Part shown: positions 9,593 through 20,800 of the stretch, in pieces
Position numbering within the stretch: the stretch's first letter is position 1
Layout of the letters: each line of letters opens with the position of its first letter
DNA from: an uncultured Sphingobacterium sp.
Lineage (GTDB): Bacteria; Bacteroidota; Bacteroidia; Sphingobacteriales; Sphingobacteriaceae
Assembly (NCBI GenBank): GCA_964529165.1
Contig: CAZGWG010000003.1
Location: 1-48,945, forward strand
Direction: 5' to 3'
Length of the DNA stretch: 48,945 nucleotides
Translations under genes and position numbers: made by a program
Notes under the pieces: model-generated
Told to the model about the DNA's origin: nothing
The model's input: the letters and a program-made list of their open reading frames with translations, nothing else
Databases searched by the model: none

Positions 9593-10918
9593 TCAGACCA
9601 CTTTTGTTACTCCCGGAATAGCATAGGGATAGGTGCCATCGAAATTGGGTAAAACTTTTGGAAGTGCATCCCATGCCAAACGTTCAGGCATCAGGCTGAT
9701 CTCTGAATTCAAGGCCTCGTCCCATTTAACCACATTGCCGGAGTAGGAGGCATACCGGCCCAGAATAGCAGTCATAGTACTTTTTGCAGCATTTTCTGCA
9801 TCAGAAAACTTGAACTGACCGGCAGTAATGGCAGCAAAAAGTTCATCGTGCTCAGTCTGGTATGGATTGGCATCCCCCTTTCCTTCATAATTTACCAATA
9901 CCTTTCCTTTGTGATCCCATATCTTACCAACATTACTGGAGTCAAGGAATACCTTACCTTTAGTTCCCTGAAAAGATTCATCCACCCTGTTTGCACCTCC
10001 GGTATAGTGGCGGCACTGACTTGAGATTACGCTGCCATCATCATAAACAAATTCAATGGAGTGGCTGTCATAAATTTCACCATAATCTTTCCCGGTTCTA
10101 AGAAAGCGGCCACCTGCTCCGTATGCTGAAACGGGATATTTGTTTTTTACCCAGTTGGCTACATCGATATTGTGTACATGCTGTTCAACGATATGGTCTC
10201 CACAGAGCCAATTGAAGTAATACCAGTTTCTCATCTGATATTCCATTTCTGTTTGGTTCGGCTGACGTGGATTAACCCATACACCGCCACTGTTCCAGTA
10301 AACTTGTCCGGATACCACGTCTCCGATTCCACCCTGATGTACTCTGTCGATGATTTCGCGGTAATTTTTTTGATAATGCCGCTGTAATCCAACCACTACA
10401 TTCAGCTTTTTACGTTTGGCTTCTTCGGCTGTTGCTAAAACACTTCTGATACCCGGAGAATCAGTTGCGACCGGTTTCTCCATGAAGATCTGTTTATTTT
10501 GTTTTACCGCTTCTGCAAAATGCACGGGTCTGAATCCCGGAGGGGTGCAAAGCAATACGACATCAGCATCCTGCATGGCTGATATATAACCATCAAATCC
10601 AACAAACTTTTTATCTGCGGGGACGCTGATTTTTTCAGCACCAAATTTCGTTAGTAAAGCCTGGTAGCTTTTATCGAGTTTATCTGGGAATGCATCAGCC
10701 ATGGCTACCAGTTTTAGGTTGAATTTTGTGCTAAGTGCCTGGAATGCAGCTCCGGTTCCTCGGCTGCCACAGCCTATAAGGGCAATCTTAATGACATCAG
10801 AGCCGCTGGCATAAGCACCAGCCAGAGGAATTCCACTTAATAATGCACCACCGGTAAGAATGGCGGAGGTTTTTAGAAAATCTCTCCTTTGTTTAGTTTC
10901 AGATATTTCGTTCTTCAT
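9593..10918 (-). CDS. Gfo/Idh/MocA family oxidoreductase, Tat-exported
   Basis: RRDFLK twin-arginine leader, IALIGCGSRG Rossmann motif, MEKP, and EQHVHNID. Confidence 0.9.
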   Translation of the reverse strand: MKNEISETKQRRDFLKTSAILTGGALLSGIPLAGAYASGSDVIKIALIGCGSRGTGAAFQALSTKFNLKLVAMADAFPDKLDKSYQALLTKFGAEKISVPADKKFVGFDGYISAMQDADVVLLCTPPGFRPVHFAEAVKQNKQIFMEKPVATDSPGIRSVLATAEEAKRKKLNVVVGLQRHYQKNYREIIDRVHQGGIGDVVSGQVYWNSGGVWVNPRQPNQTEMEYQMRNWYYFNWLCGDHIVEQHVHNIDVANWVKNKYPVSAYGAGGRFLRTGKDYGEIYDSHSIEFVYDDGSVISSQCRHYTGGANRVDESFQGTKGKVFLDSSNVGKIWDHKGKVLVNYEGKGDANPYQTEHDELFAAITAGQFKFSDAENAAKSTMTAILGRYASYSGNVVKWDEALNSEISLMPERLAWDALPKVLPNFDGTYPYAIPGVTKVV

Positions 10919-10935
10919 GTTATGAATGTTTTGAA

Positions 10936-11925
10936 TTAATAATCAGCTATGGGTTCACGATTGTAATATGCTTCAATTTCTTCTTTAGAAGGTGGAACAA
11001 GTGGCCTGACTAATCGTATGCCAACGAATGTTCCCCCGGTTAACCACCAGTTACTTTTTGGAATCTGCGGATCTATTTGTTTCCACTCAGCTTGTGATCC
11101 TCTGCGGCTTGCAGCGCGTAAATCTGTTGCAGGATCTTCATATGATCCACCTCTTACAGCGTTGGGATATAAAGTTACAAATGGAATTACAGGATCCTGG
11201 GCTACAGTGCCGGCGAATTTTGAGTAGCTGTCTGGTTTATATTGGTCATAAGTCCATTCAGTGACATTGCCATGCATATCATGTAGTCCCCAGGGATTTG
11301 GTTTTTTTTCTCCAACCGGATGCGTTTTATTTCCGCTATTGGCCTTATACCAGGCATAGTCTTCCAGCTTTGATTCTGCAGGATGTGAGTAAGCTCCGGT
11401 TGTCTGTGCCCGGCAGGCATATTCCCATTCTGCCTCTGTTGGGAGTCTGTAAAACTCACCTGTTCTTGCATAAAGCCATTTACAGAATTGGATGGCAGCG
11501 TATTGAGTCATGCCAATTGCAGGGAAACCTTCTTTGCCCATTCCCCAGGTCATGTCTACATAAGGCTTTGTTGGACGGGTTAAGGCATCAACCTCTTGTT
11601 TTAGTGGTGCTTTGCTTCGGCTGATTTCCTGGTTCTTGTAAACAAAGGGTTCAAAGAAATCCCAGGTCACCTCATGTTTACCCATCCAGAAGGGGCTGAT
11701 CTTTACCTGGTGTTGCGGACCTTCGTCCGGGCGCCGACCCGCTTCTGATAGCGGACTGCCCATATTGAAACTTCCACCGGGAATGGCAATCATATCAAAT
11801 TTCAGATCTGTTCCTTCAAGGCTCTGAGTATAGCTTTTAAAACTATTCTCCTGAGATATGCTGATTAGAGGAAATAAAATTAAGCCAAGGAAAGCTGTCT
11901 TGAAATGAAGGGTAAATGATCTCAT
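10936..11925 (-). CDS. Formylglycine-generating enzyme (SUMF1/EgtB/PvdO)-fold protein, secreted
   Basis: IPGGSFNMGS, HEVT, RLPTEAEWEYACRA, NPWGLHDMHGNVTEW, RGGS, GIRLV. Probable start ATG 11925 with a signal peptide. Confidence 0.88.
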   Translation of the reverse strand: MRSFTLHFKTAFLGLILFPLISISQENSFKSYTQSLEGTDLKFDMIAIPGGSFNMGSPLSEAGRRPDEGPQHQVKISPFWMGKHEVTWDFFEPFVYKNQEISRSKAPLKQEVDALTRPTKPYVDMTWGMGKEGFPAIGMTQYAAIQFCKWLYARTGEFYRLPTEAEWEYACRAQTTGAYSHPAESKLEDYAWYKANSGNKTHPVGEKKPNPWGLHDMHGNVTEWTYDQYKPDSYSKFAGTVAQDPVIPFVTLYPNAVRGGSYEDPATDLRAASRRGSQAEWKQIDPQIPKSNWWLTGGTFVGIRLVRPLVPPSKEEIEAYYNREPIADY

Positions 11926-12073
11926 GAATAATGTATGCGATTGAAAATTAAATATGCTCAATTTTATTTGAAAAATTAAGTTTGGAACATAATGAATTAA
12001 AAGGATTAGGCTTAAAAGCTGGAGCTCAATAATAGAAAACTAGTTTGAAGATCTATTTTAAGCAGGCAACAAT

Positions 12074-12120
12074 AAATACTAAAGGGCAATTTCCAATCTG
12101 GAAATTGCCCTTTAGTATTT
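12074..12120 (-). terminator. Long perfect hairpin, probable intrinsic terminator of the PQQ dehydrogenase gene
   Basis: 22-bp perfect inverted repeat AAATACTAAAGGGCAATTTCCA-ATC-TGGAAATTGCCCTTTAGTATTT, about 60 nt downstream of the stop at 12182. Confidence 0.75.
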
Positions 12121-12181
12121 TATTCAGCACATTAAAACATGCTCAATTAATTAACTCATTTTTCAAGAGTTGCTATTCTTT

Positions 12182-13417
12182 TTACTTTTTAGCTATTCTG
12201 TAAAGCCTTCCTTCGTCGGTAATTGCATAAAGTGCTCCGTCTTTGCCCTGTAAGGTAGATCTGAAACGCTGATTCTGATCGGCAAGTAATCTTTCCTCTC
12301 CAACAACTTTATTGTCTTTGATAACCAATCTCAGAATATGTTTGCCACTAAGTGCTCCAATAAAAAGATTGTTCTTCCAGTCAGGAAACATATTTCCTGA
12401 GTAGAATGACATTCCGCTTGGAGAAATTGAAGGGTTCCAATAGTAGACTGGTTGTTCCATGCCTGCTTTTTGTTGTATTCCATCTCCAATTTTAGCTCCG
12501 CTATATTCCATACCATAAGTAATTGTTGGCCAGCCATAGTTCTTGCCGGGTTTTACCAGGTTAAGTTCATCACCACCCATCGGTCCAAACTCTGCGGTCC
12601 AGATATCACCTGTTACCGGGTGAAATGCCAGATTTTGCACATTCCTGTGCCCATAGGAATAAATTTCAGGTTTTGCGCCAGCTTCATTCCATACCGGATT
12701 GCCCGGAGCTGCTTTGCCATCTTTTGTTATACGTAATACTTTACCGTTTGCAGAGGTTAAAAACTGTGCTTGTGGTCTTGTTTCTAATGAAGAACGTTCT
12801 CCTGTAGTAACCAGCAAGTTGCCGGTTTTGTCGACCAGAATTCTACCTCCGTAATGTCCTGTACTTGGGTGTGCAGGATCTGCCCTGTAAATCACATTAA
12901 CATTTTCTATTCTTTTTTCATCAGAAGACAATGTTCCTTTAGCAACAGCAGTCAGGTTACCAGTACTTGTTTTTTCAGAGTATACCCAGTATACAATCCG
13001 GTTTTTTGAAAAAGCCGGATCAACAGTTAAGCCCAGTAAACCACCCTGGCCAGTTGAATTAACTTCAGGTAAACCAGTGATTGGTTCACTAACTTTTCCT
13101 GTAGTAGTGGCAATTCTCATGGTTCCGGTTTTTTCAGTGATCAGCAAACGGCCATCAGGAAGAATAGTCATGCCCCAGGGCCTTTTCAATCCTTCAGCAA
13201 GTACTTTTACATCTAAGGCAGTTTTAGTTTTTGTTCCTGCAATTCTTGTCTGACCTGCAAATGCTGGAGAATAGTTATTGTTTGGAGCTAATTTCTCTAC
13301 AGGAGCCTTGCTTGTGTCCTGCATTGAGGTATAATTTGCAAAAGCACTTGCATCAGTACTGTAGGAAGTAAAAATTAATGCTGCACTTGCTGCTAAAACA
13401 TGAAGGTTCTTCGTCAT
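12182..13417 (-). CDS. PQQ-dependent glucose/sorbosone dehydrogenase family
   Basis: GLKRPWGM, GQGGLLGL, HYGGRI, YSYGHRN, EFGPMGGDELN, NYGWP and SISPSGM motifs; signal peptide. Confidence 0.9.
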   Translation of the reverse strand: MTKNLHVLAASAALIFTSYSTDASAFANYTSMQDTSKAPVEKLAPNNNYSPAFAGQTRIAGTKTKTALDVKVLAEGLKRPWGMTILPDGRLLITEKTGTMRIATTTGKVSEPITGLPEVNSTGQGGLLGLTVDPAFSKNRIVYWVYSEKTSTGNLTAVAKGTLSSDEKRIENVNVIYRADPAHPSTGHYGGRILVDKTGNLLVTTGERSSLETRPQAQFLTSANGKVLRITKDGKAAPGNPVWNEAGAKPEIYSYGHRNVQNLAFHPVTGDIWTAEFGPMGGDELNLVKPGKNYGWPTITYGMEYSGAKIGDGIQQKAGMEQPVYYWNPSISPSGMSFYSGNMFPDWKNNLFIGALSGKHILRLVIKDNKVVGEERLLADQNQRFRSTLQGKDGALYAITDEGRLYRIAKK

Positions 13418-13473
13418 TTTAATAATTTTTAAGATAATTTCACAAATTAATAAATATCCGTATTAAAAAGGGT

Positions 13474-14520
13474 TTATTTAAGTGATTTCATGTCGATTAC
13501 AAAGCGATAATGAACATCTCCTTTTAAGGTGCGTTCATAGGCTTCGTTGATCTGGTCAATATTAATCAGTTCGATGTCGGATGTAATATTATGTTCAGCA
13601 CAGTAATCCAGCATTTCCTGAGTTTCTTTGGTGCCTCCGACAAGAGAACCTACCAGGCTGCGGCGTCCACCGATCAGTTGAAAAGCAGATACATCGGCGG
13701 GATTTGGCGGTGCTCCCAGGAGAATCATAACACCATTTGAACGTAAAAGTGCCAGGTATTCATTATAATCATGGTCTGCCGAGACTGTATCAATTATGAA
13801 ATTAAAAGTTGAAGCGAGTGATTTCATCACCTCGGGGTCTGAAGTAAGCTTGAAATATTTAGCACCCAGTCGCTTAGCATCTTGTTCCTTAGATCTTGAA
13901 CGGCTTAATACCGTGACTTCGGCACCCATAGAGGAGGCAATTTTCACTGCCATATGTCCTAATCCTCCCAGACCAAGAACTGCCAGTTTATCGCCTTTTT
14001 TCACATTCCAGTGTTTGATTGGAGAGTAAGTGGTAATTCCGGCACACAGGAGAGGTGCAACATTCGCCAATGGTAATTTGTCAGATACTTTAAGTACAAA
14101 CCGGTCTTTAACAACAATATGTGTTGAATAACCGCCTAAGGTGATCGATTTTTTATCCTGAGTTAAGGAATTATAAGTTTGGGTATGTCCGTTTTCACAA
14201 TATTGTTCCAGATAATCATTGCAATTGCTGCAATGTCCGCAAGAATCGACAAAACAGCCCACACCAACAGTATCACCTGCTTTGAAACGTTTTACGGATT
14301 CACCTACCCGAATCACTTTGCCTACAATTTCATGACCCGGAACTGCCGGATAAACAGTACCTCTCCACTCGTTCCGGGCGGTATGAATGTCTGAGTGGCA
14401 AACTCCGCAATAAAGAATTTCGATTTCAACATCTTCGGCCCCGGGTTCACGACGGTCTAAGTGCCAGGGTGCCAACGGACTTTCCGCGCTTTGTGCGGCA
14501 TATGCTTTTACTGCTTTCAT
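13474..14520 (-). CDS. NAD(P)-dependent Zn alcohol dehydrogenase (cinnamyl-ADH/YahK-like)
   Basis: CGVCHSD, GHEIVG, structural Zn Cys cluster CGHCSNC...C, LCAGITTYSP, GLGGLG, YRFVID. Confidence 0.93.
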   Translation of the reverse strand: MKAVKAYAAQSAESPLAPWHLDRREPGAEDVEIEILYCGVCHSDIHTARNEWRGTVYPAVPGHEIVGKVIRVGESVKRFKAGDTVGVGCFVDSCGHCSNCNDYLEQYCENGHTQTYNSLTQDKKSITLGGYSTHIVVKDRFVLKVSDKLPLANVAPLLCAGITTYSPIKHWNVKKGDKLAVLGLGGLGHMAVKIASSMGAEVTVLSRSRSKEQDAKRLGAKYFKLTSDPEVMKSLASTFNFIIDTVSADHDYNEYLALLRSNGVMILLGAPPNPADVSAFQLIGGRRSLVGSLVGGTKETQEMLDYCAEHNITSDIELINIDQINEAYERTLKGDVHYRFVIDMKSLK

Positions 14521-14691
14521 AGTTTTCTTTGAAGATTTAAAGGTAATTAAGATTTAACTAATTTATCCGTACTGGTATGTAAAATACAGGTGACTGACGA
14601 AATCTTCGTTCTCTCTTTTAGGTGATTTAGGCAAGTTGGATTATTTCCCGGTTTGATATACATTTTGTAAATTGGGTACGTAAACGCTAAT

Positions 14692-15645
14692 ATGGAAACT
14701 AAAAACACAATCAATCGCCGCCACTTTATTGCAGGAACAGGTTTGCTGCTGGCCGGGTATTCTTTAAGACTTAATGGTGCAGTACTTCAGCCTTCTGAAC
14801 CGATCATAGATATTCATCAACATACCGATTATGCAGGAAGATCTCAGGATAAAATGCTGGCACATCAGCGAATGATGGGAGTTACCACCACAATCCTTTT
14901 GCCTGCTGGAAGGCCGCTTAGTTATGGCTCAACACATTATGGCGTTAGTAATGGATTACAAGTTAAAGCAGGAGGGAATGAGGTTTGTTATCAATATGCC
15001 AAAGATCGTGCTCCTGAAATGCTTTTCGGGGCATGTGAGGTACCTGATTTTCCGGGGGCCATTCCTGAAATTGAAAAATACCTGAAATTAGGAGCCAAAA
15101 TGATCGGCGAGTTAAAGTTCAACGTAGATTGTGATTCTCCTGAAATGCAAAAAATCTACCAGCTTGCACAGGAATATGATGTGCCTGTTTTAATGCACTG
15201 GCAATATAATATGTATAATCGCGGCTTTGAACGTTTCTATAAAATGCTCGAAAAGTTTCCTAAAGTGAATTTCTTAGGGCATTCACAAACCTTTTGGGCT
15301 AATATTGATAAGAATCATGCCGATCAAAATGTTTTGTATCCCCGTGGTAAAGTAACACCCGGTGGTTTAACTGATCGCTTAATGAACGATTATCCGAATA
15401 TGTATGGTGATATTTCAGGAGGATCAGGCCTGAGCTCCTTAACCAGAGATGAAGATCATGCCCGAGCTTTTCTAAGTAAACATCAGGATAAACTACTGTA
15501 TGGAAGTGATTGTGATGACTATGCTGGACATGGTCCTGCCTGTCAGGGTGCGGCAACAATTGAAGCGATAAGAAAACTCTCTGCGAGCAAAGAAATTGAA
15601 CGAAAGATTTTATATAATAATGCTAAAAAGATGCTCCGGCTCTGA
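14692..15645 (+). CDS. Amidohydrolase family protein, Tat-exported
   Basis: NRRHFI leader, IIDIHQH metal motif, IGELK, VLMH, FLGH, LLYGSD. Confidence 0.85.
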   Translation: METKNTINRRHFIAGTGLLLAGYSLRLNGAVLQPSEPIIDIHQHTDYAGRSQDKMLAHQRMMGVTTTILLPAGRPLSYGSTHYGVSNGLQVKAGGNEVCYQYAKDRAPEMLFGACEVPDFPGAIPEIEKYLKLGAKMIGELKFNVDCDSPEMQKIYQLAQEYDVPVLMHWQYNMYNRGFERFYKMLEKFPKVNFLGHSQTFWANIDKNHADQNVLYPRGKVTPGGLTDRLMNDYPNMYGDISGGSGLSSLTRDEDHARAFLSKHQDKLLYGSDCDDYAGHGPACQGAATIEAIRKLSASKEIERKILYNNAKKMLRL

Positions 15646-15647
15646 AT

Positions 15648-16361
15648 TTAGCGGCTTTTTCTTTTAATTATTTTCACTATTTCATCTGCAATCAGCTTAT
15701 GACCGGTATCCATTGGATGAAGACCGTCCGGCAAAAGTCCCTCCATTCCTGCTGAGTCTTTTCTGGCATATTTCCCAAAGACTTTCCATGAATTAATAAG
15801 CTCTACATGCTCAGATTTTGCGAGTCTGATTACTGCATCCCGGTATAGCTTCAAGCGCTCATGTCTGAATTTTTCCAGTTTTGAACTTAAAGGATTTGGA
15901 GTCAGCAGAATAACCCTGCCCTTATTTTTTTTGATCTCTGTGATAAAGTGAGTCAGATTGGCCACATAGGCATCCAGTGGGATACGTGATGGGGTGCCGT
16001 CTCCTTGATCCTGATATGCATCATTGAGACCAAAATTAAGGGTTACCCAATCCGGATGATAGTTTAATACAGCTTTTTCAAACCTGTCCATACCATGTTC
16101 AATTTTAGGATGGTCATTATCTTTCACTGAGCCGGTATGATTACTTCCAACGCCAGAATTAATTACTTTGTTCGGTATACCGGCTTCAATAAGTGCCTCA
16201 TGTATCCTTACGGCATAAACCTTTTCGATGCCTTTTCTAGGTGCTGTAGTAGAATTTCCAAAAGTAACGATAGTAAGTTCTTTCTTATCCTGAGCATAAG
16301 ACAGGGTACTTAGCAGGAGGACAAAAAGTATTGTTGAAGCTATTAACTTGATTCTTTTCAT
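15648..16361 (-). CDS. SGNH/GDSL hydrolase, secreted
   Basis: FGNSTT (GDS-like block I), NSGVGS, FGLND and DGLHP. Probable start ATG 16361 (MKRIKL...). Confidence 0.85.
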   Translation of the reverse strand: MKRIKLIASTILFVLLLSTLSYAQDKKELTIVTFGNSTTAPRKGIEKVYAVRIHEALIEAGIPNKVINSGVGSNHTGSVKDNDHPKIEHGMDRFEKAVLNYHPDWVTLNFGLNDAYQDQGDGTPSRIPLDAYVANLTHFITEIKKNKGRVILLTPNPLSSKLEKFRHERLKLYRDAVIRLAKSEHVELINSWKVFGKYARKDSAGMEGLLPDGLHPMDTGHKLIADEIVKIIKRKSR

Positions 16362-16623
16362 ACTTGTTTTTTGAAAAAATGAAATTAATAAATTTTTGAT
16401 CATCTGCTTGCCAAAGCTCAGAAATTGTGTTTTAACCAATACAGATGAACTAATTTAGTTTTGAAAAAGGCTTAGAACGATGGACTAACAATTAAGTATC
16501 CGGATAGCACCAATATTGCTCAGGATTTGGTTCTTTCAGAACATATTAAAAAGGAGATTAGATTGAATACAGTTCTCTCCCCATTTTTTTAATATTTTTG
16601 GAGTTCATCAAATAACAATAACC

Positions 16624-17745
16624 ATGTATATTAAAAAGATAACTGCCCTATTTACCTTACTTTTTATAAGTTCAGTATTATTTGCTCAGAGTACAAAATA
16701 TCATTTATTAATCGGAACCTATACTTCCCCGGGTAAAAGTGAAGGGATCTATGTATATGAATTTGATAGTCAGAACGGGGAGATGATTTATAAGTCGAAA
16801 GCTATAATTGAAAGTCCGTCTTATTTTGCTTTTACCAAAGATCGGAAGTTTGTTTATTCTGTTACCGAAGGAAGAGGAAGTAAAATCAGCGCTTTCTCAT
16901 TTGATTCTAAAAATGCTGAACTGAGATTTCTAAACAGTCAACCCTCTGGCAGTAATGGGCCAACTTATATTTCTGTTGACGCCAAAGCAAAATATGTTTT
17001 TGCTGCCAATTATGGAGGCGGTTCTCTAACCGCTATACCAGTTGAAACTGATGGAACTCTTGGGTCTGATATTCAGGATATTAAACATGAAGGAAGCAGT
17101 ATTGCCAGGAAAAAACCATTCGTGCACTCAGCGATCTTATCACCTGATAATAAGTATGTGTTAACTGCTGATCTCGGAACGGATAAGATTAATATCTACA
17201 AGTTTAATCCTAAAAACAGGCCACAGGCCTTATCTGCAGCTGCCCAGCCGTTCGTAACACTGGATCCGGGTGCTGGTCCGAGACATCTTACTTTTCACCC
17301 TAATAAGAAATTTCTTTATTCAGTAACAGAAATTAACGCTATGGTATATGCCTTCAGATATAAAAAAGGTCATCTTACTCAGATCCAGTCTGTTCCAATG
17401 CTGTCAGAAGGATTTACAGGGCCAGGTCATGGAGCAGATATTCATGTTTCTGCAGATGGTAAATTTCTTTATGCAAATACCAGAAGCACTGTAAATGAAA
17501 TCGCGATTTATTCAGTTAATCCGAAGACCGGTATGCTTAGTTTGATTGAGAAGCAACCTTCTCTCGGTAAGAGTTCACGCACATTTGAAATTGACCCAAG
17601 CGGCAACTGGCTACTTTCTACCAGTCAGGGAAGTAATGAGATTATTGTATTTAAGCGGGATCAGGAAACCGGAAAACTTAGTCCAAGCGGGCAGAAACTA
17701 CAGATTGATAAACCCTCCCTGGTCAAATTCCTGCCAATCGAATAA
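16624..17745 (+). CDS. Lactonase family (6-phosphogluconolactonase-like beta-propeller), secreted
   Basis: LIGTYT, ANYGGGS, VHSA..SPD, ADLGTD, GAGPRH and ADIHVS motifs; signal peptide. Confidence 0.9.
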   Translation: MYIKKITALFTLLFISSVLFAQSTKYHLLIGTYTSPGKSEGIYVYEFDSQNGEMIYKSKAIIESPSYFAFTKDRKFVYSVTEGRGSKISAFSFDSKNAELRFLNSQPSGSNGPTYISVDAKAKYVFAANYGGGSLTAIPVETDGTLGSDIQDIKHEGSSIARKKPFVHSAILSPDNKYVLTADLGTDKINIYKFNPKNRPQALSAAAQPFVTLDPGAGPRHLTFHPNKKFLYSVTEINAMVYAFRYKKGHLTQIQSVPMLSEGFTGPGHGADIHVSADGKFLYANTRSTVNEIAIYSVNPKTGMLSLIEKQPSLGKSSRTFEIDPSGNWLLSTSQGSNEIIVFKRDQETGKLSPSGQKLQIDKPSLVKFLPIE

Positions 17746-17878
17746 GCAATATTGTCTGTTCTGATTTATCGCAAAAATTGAGTTGAATTATTAATTATGT
17801 AACATCAAATCAAACTGTTTACGTAGTTTTAGTATCAGATTTTCCGGAGTTATAATCTTATAATTATTTGAAACAGTT

Positions 17879-20800
17879 TTGAAACGAATTTCAGGAATAG
17901 TACTGATTGTTTTTGGCTTGCTTGCCGGTATATTCCTAAATGCCTCTGCGCAGAATACTTCGAACAAGGGGACTGATTTCTGGGTAGCTTATGCCGGACA
18001 TATTGATGCTAAGTTATCCAGAATGACTTTGTTTCTTTCATCTGATGTAAATACAACCTATCAGGTTGAGGGGAATGGCCAGATCATTGCTTCCGGCAGC
18101 ATTGCTGCAAACATTATTAGCCCGGTATTTGTAGACCCGAATGCTATTGATGTTCATATTGCAAGTTCGGATGTTATTGAATCTAACAGAGGTATTCATA
18201 TCACTTCTGGTAATCCGATTTCTGTTTATTCAATAATTTCAAACAGTGCCAGAACCGGGGGCAGTTTAATTCTTCCAACTAAATCTTTGGGCCGGGAATA
18301 TTATGCATTTTCTTATCAAAATTCCGGAGGATCACAAGGAGGTAATGCCCGGTCCCAGTTTACAATCCTGGCTGTTGAGGATAATACCGAGATTGAAATT
18401 ACCCCTGCTACTGATAGTTTTAATGGTGCCCGTAAAGCAAATACTGCCTTTAAAATAACTCAAAAGTTGAATAAGGGTGATATATATCAGTACCAGTCTG
18501 CAAATGATGTTTCGGGTTCACTTATCAGGACCTTGGGTACTTGTAAACCAATCGCTGTTTTTTCTGGGAGTACCTGGTCAGCTTTTTGCGAATCGGGGAG
18601 TACCAGGGCGAATCCCAGCGGTGGTGATAATCTTTATCAGCAGCTATTTCCGGTATCTTCATGGGGAAAGAACTTTGTAACTGCCCCATTCTACAATACT
18701 GAAAACGGTAATATTGATGCAATCAGGGTCATTGTCTCGGAAGACAATACAACGATTTCTGTGAATGGAAGTAATACCCAGGCTGCTGGCGTTCCTCTGG
18801 CTAATCCTTATAAGAAAGGTAGTATTATAACTTATTTTACAAACAAACCGAGTATTCTGAAAGCGGATAAGCCTGTCGGAGTAGCCCAATATCAAAGTTC
18901 ACAAAATTGTAATGCGGCTAACCCAAATAATCAAGGAGGTCCGGGTGGGCAGGGCGGCCAGGAACCCGGATTTCCCGGTGATCCGGAAATGACAGTTCTG
19001 AATCCAATAGAACAGACTCTCAGTGATATCACGGTATTCTCCAGATTAAATAGTATTTCGGGTGTGAGAACCCAGATCAATAAGTATTTTCTGAATATCA
19101 TTATCAAGACGGCTGACGCTGGAGGTCTAACTGTAGACGGGACCGCAATAAACAATTTTAAAGCAGTGGATAATGAGTATTCATACGCTGTAATTGATGT
19201 TACGGGTTCCCAGGATCAACATCGGATTAAAGCAAGCGGTGGCTTTGTAGCAATAGCTTATGGTTATGGACCTGTTGAATCTTATGCCTATCTGGCTGGT
19301 GCCGATGTGCGGAATCTCTTTCAGAATATAACTGTAAGCAATAAAGCAGATAAGATAATTACCAGTGGCTGTTCTAATTCGGCTCCGAAATTTGTTCTAA
19401 AACTTCCCTATCAATCCTCAAGTATAGTTTGGGATATTGATGATGGAAAAGGATCATATACAGATTTAAATCCTGTATTTACGACTTCTCAAATTGATGG
19501 AAGAACAGTCTATAACTATGTCTATCCAAAAGCTGATCCGATCTACAAAGCCATTGGTAAGTACAGAATTACTGCAATTGCACAGAATCCAGTTCCATCG
19601 GGTTGCGATGCCAGTGAACTGATAAGTCTCGACTTTGAAATATTTGATCCACCTGTTTCGTCTTTTAATGCACCCGCTCAGAGTTGTGTCAACTCCATAA
19701 TCTCATTCAGGGATATCAGTATTGCCAATAATATGAAGATAGTTAATTGGATTTGGGATTTTGGGGATAATGAATTTTCAGATAAACAGCATCCCTCACA
19801 TAGCTATAAAAAAAACGGTATATACAAGGTCAAACTTATTATAGAGGGTGAAAATGGTTGTACTTCAGAAGTTTTCTCCAGGGATATCACTATTTATGAC
19901 CTTCCCCTTGCTGATTTTAGGGTTGCAATACCTGCCTGCGAGAATAAGACACTGACTTTCACTGACCAGTCGGTTTCGTCTCAGGGTAAGATTATTAAAT
20001 GGACATGGGACTTTGGTGATCAGGGTACACCTGAAGAAAGAGACTCCGGAGCTCCTGTTAATCATACTTTCCTTAGTGCTGGAACCTATATTGTGAAACT
20101 AAAAGTGCTGACAGAAAATACCTGCGAGAGTATGGTATTTGAAAAATCAGTATTAATTAATCCATTACCGGTGGTCAAATTTGGTGTGCCTGAGATTTGT
20201 ATAAAAGATTCCTTTGCTCAGTTTACAGATTCATCAACAATATCTGATGGGTCTGAGCTAACTTATCTCTGGAATTTCGGTAATGCCGCTGCTGCTCCCG
20301 GAACAAATACCTCAACATTAAGGAATCCAACCCATAGGTATACTGTTGCCGGTTTTTACCAGGTTACTCTAACTGTAAGCTCAAAGACAGGCTGTACAAA
20401 TACCTTGGTAAAAACTTTTACTGTAAACGGCGCTACACCAATAGCAGGTTTTGATGTGATTAATCCGTCTGGCCTTTGCAGTAACAAAGAAGTGGTATTT
20501 AAAAATACTTCAACTGTTGATTTTGGAAATGTAGGAAAAGTAGAATGGTATTTTGATTATGATAATGCCCCTGCAGTGAAAATTGTGGATGAAAATCCTC
20601 TTCCTGGTAAGGAATATCGTTTTAATTATCCGGTGTTTAGCTCGCCTGCAACCAGACAAATCAGGGTTAGACTAGTCGCTTATTCAGGAGGAAGTTGTTT
20701 TGATGATGAGATTAAGACAATAACTTTATTTGCATCTCCATCATTAAGCTTTAGTCCGATTGCTAATGTTTGTCAGGAACTTGCCCCTTTCCGCATTACC

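Noticed and set aside
10936-11925. True formylglycine-generating enzyme or gliding lipoprotein GldK/GldJ
   Set aside because: Catalytic Cys pair is missing, no sulfatase is adjacent, and there is no gld operon context.
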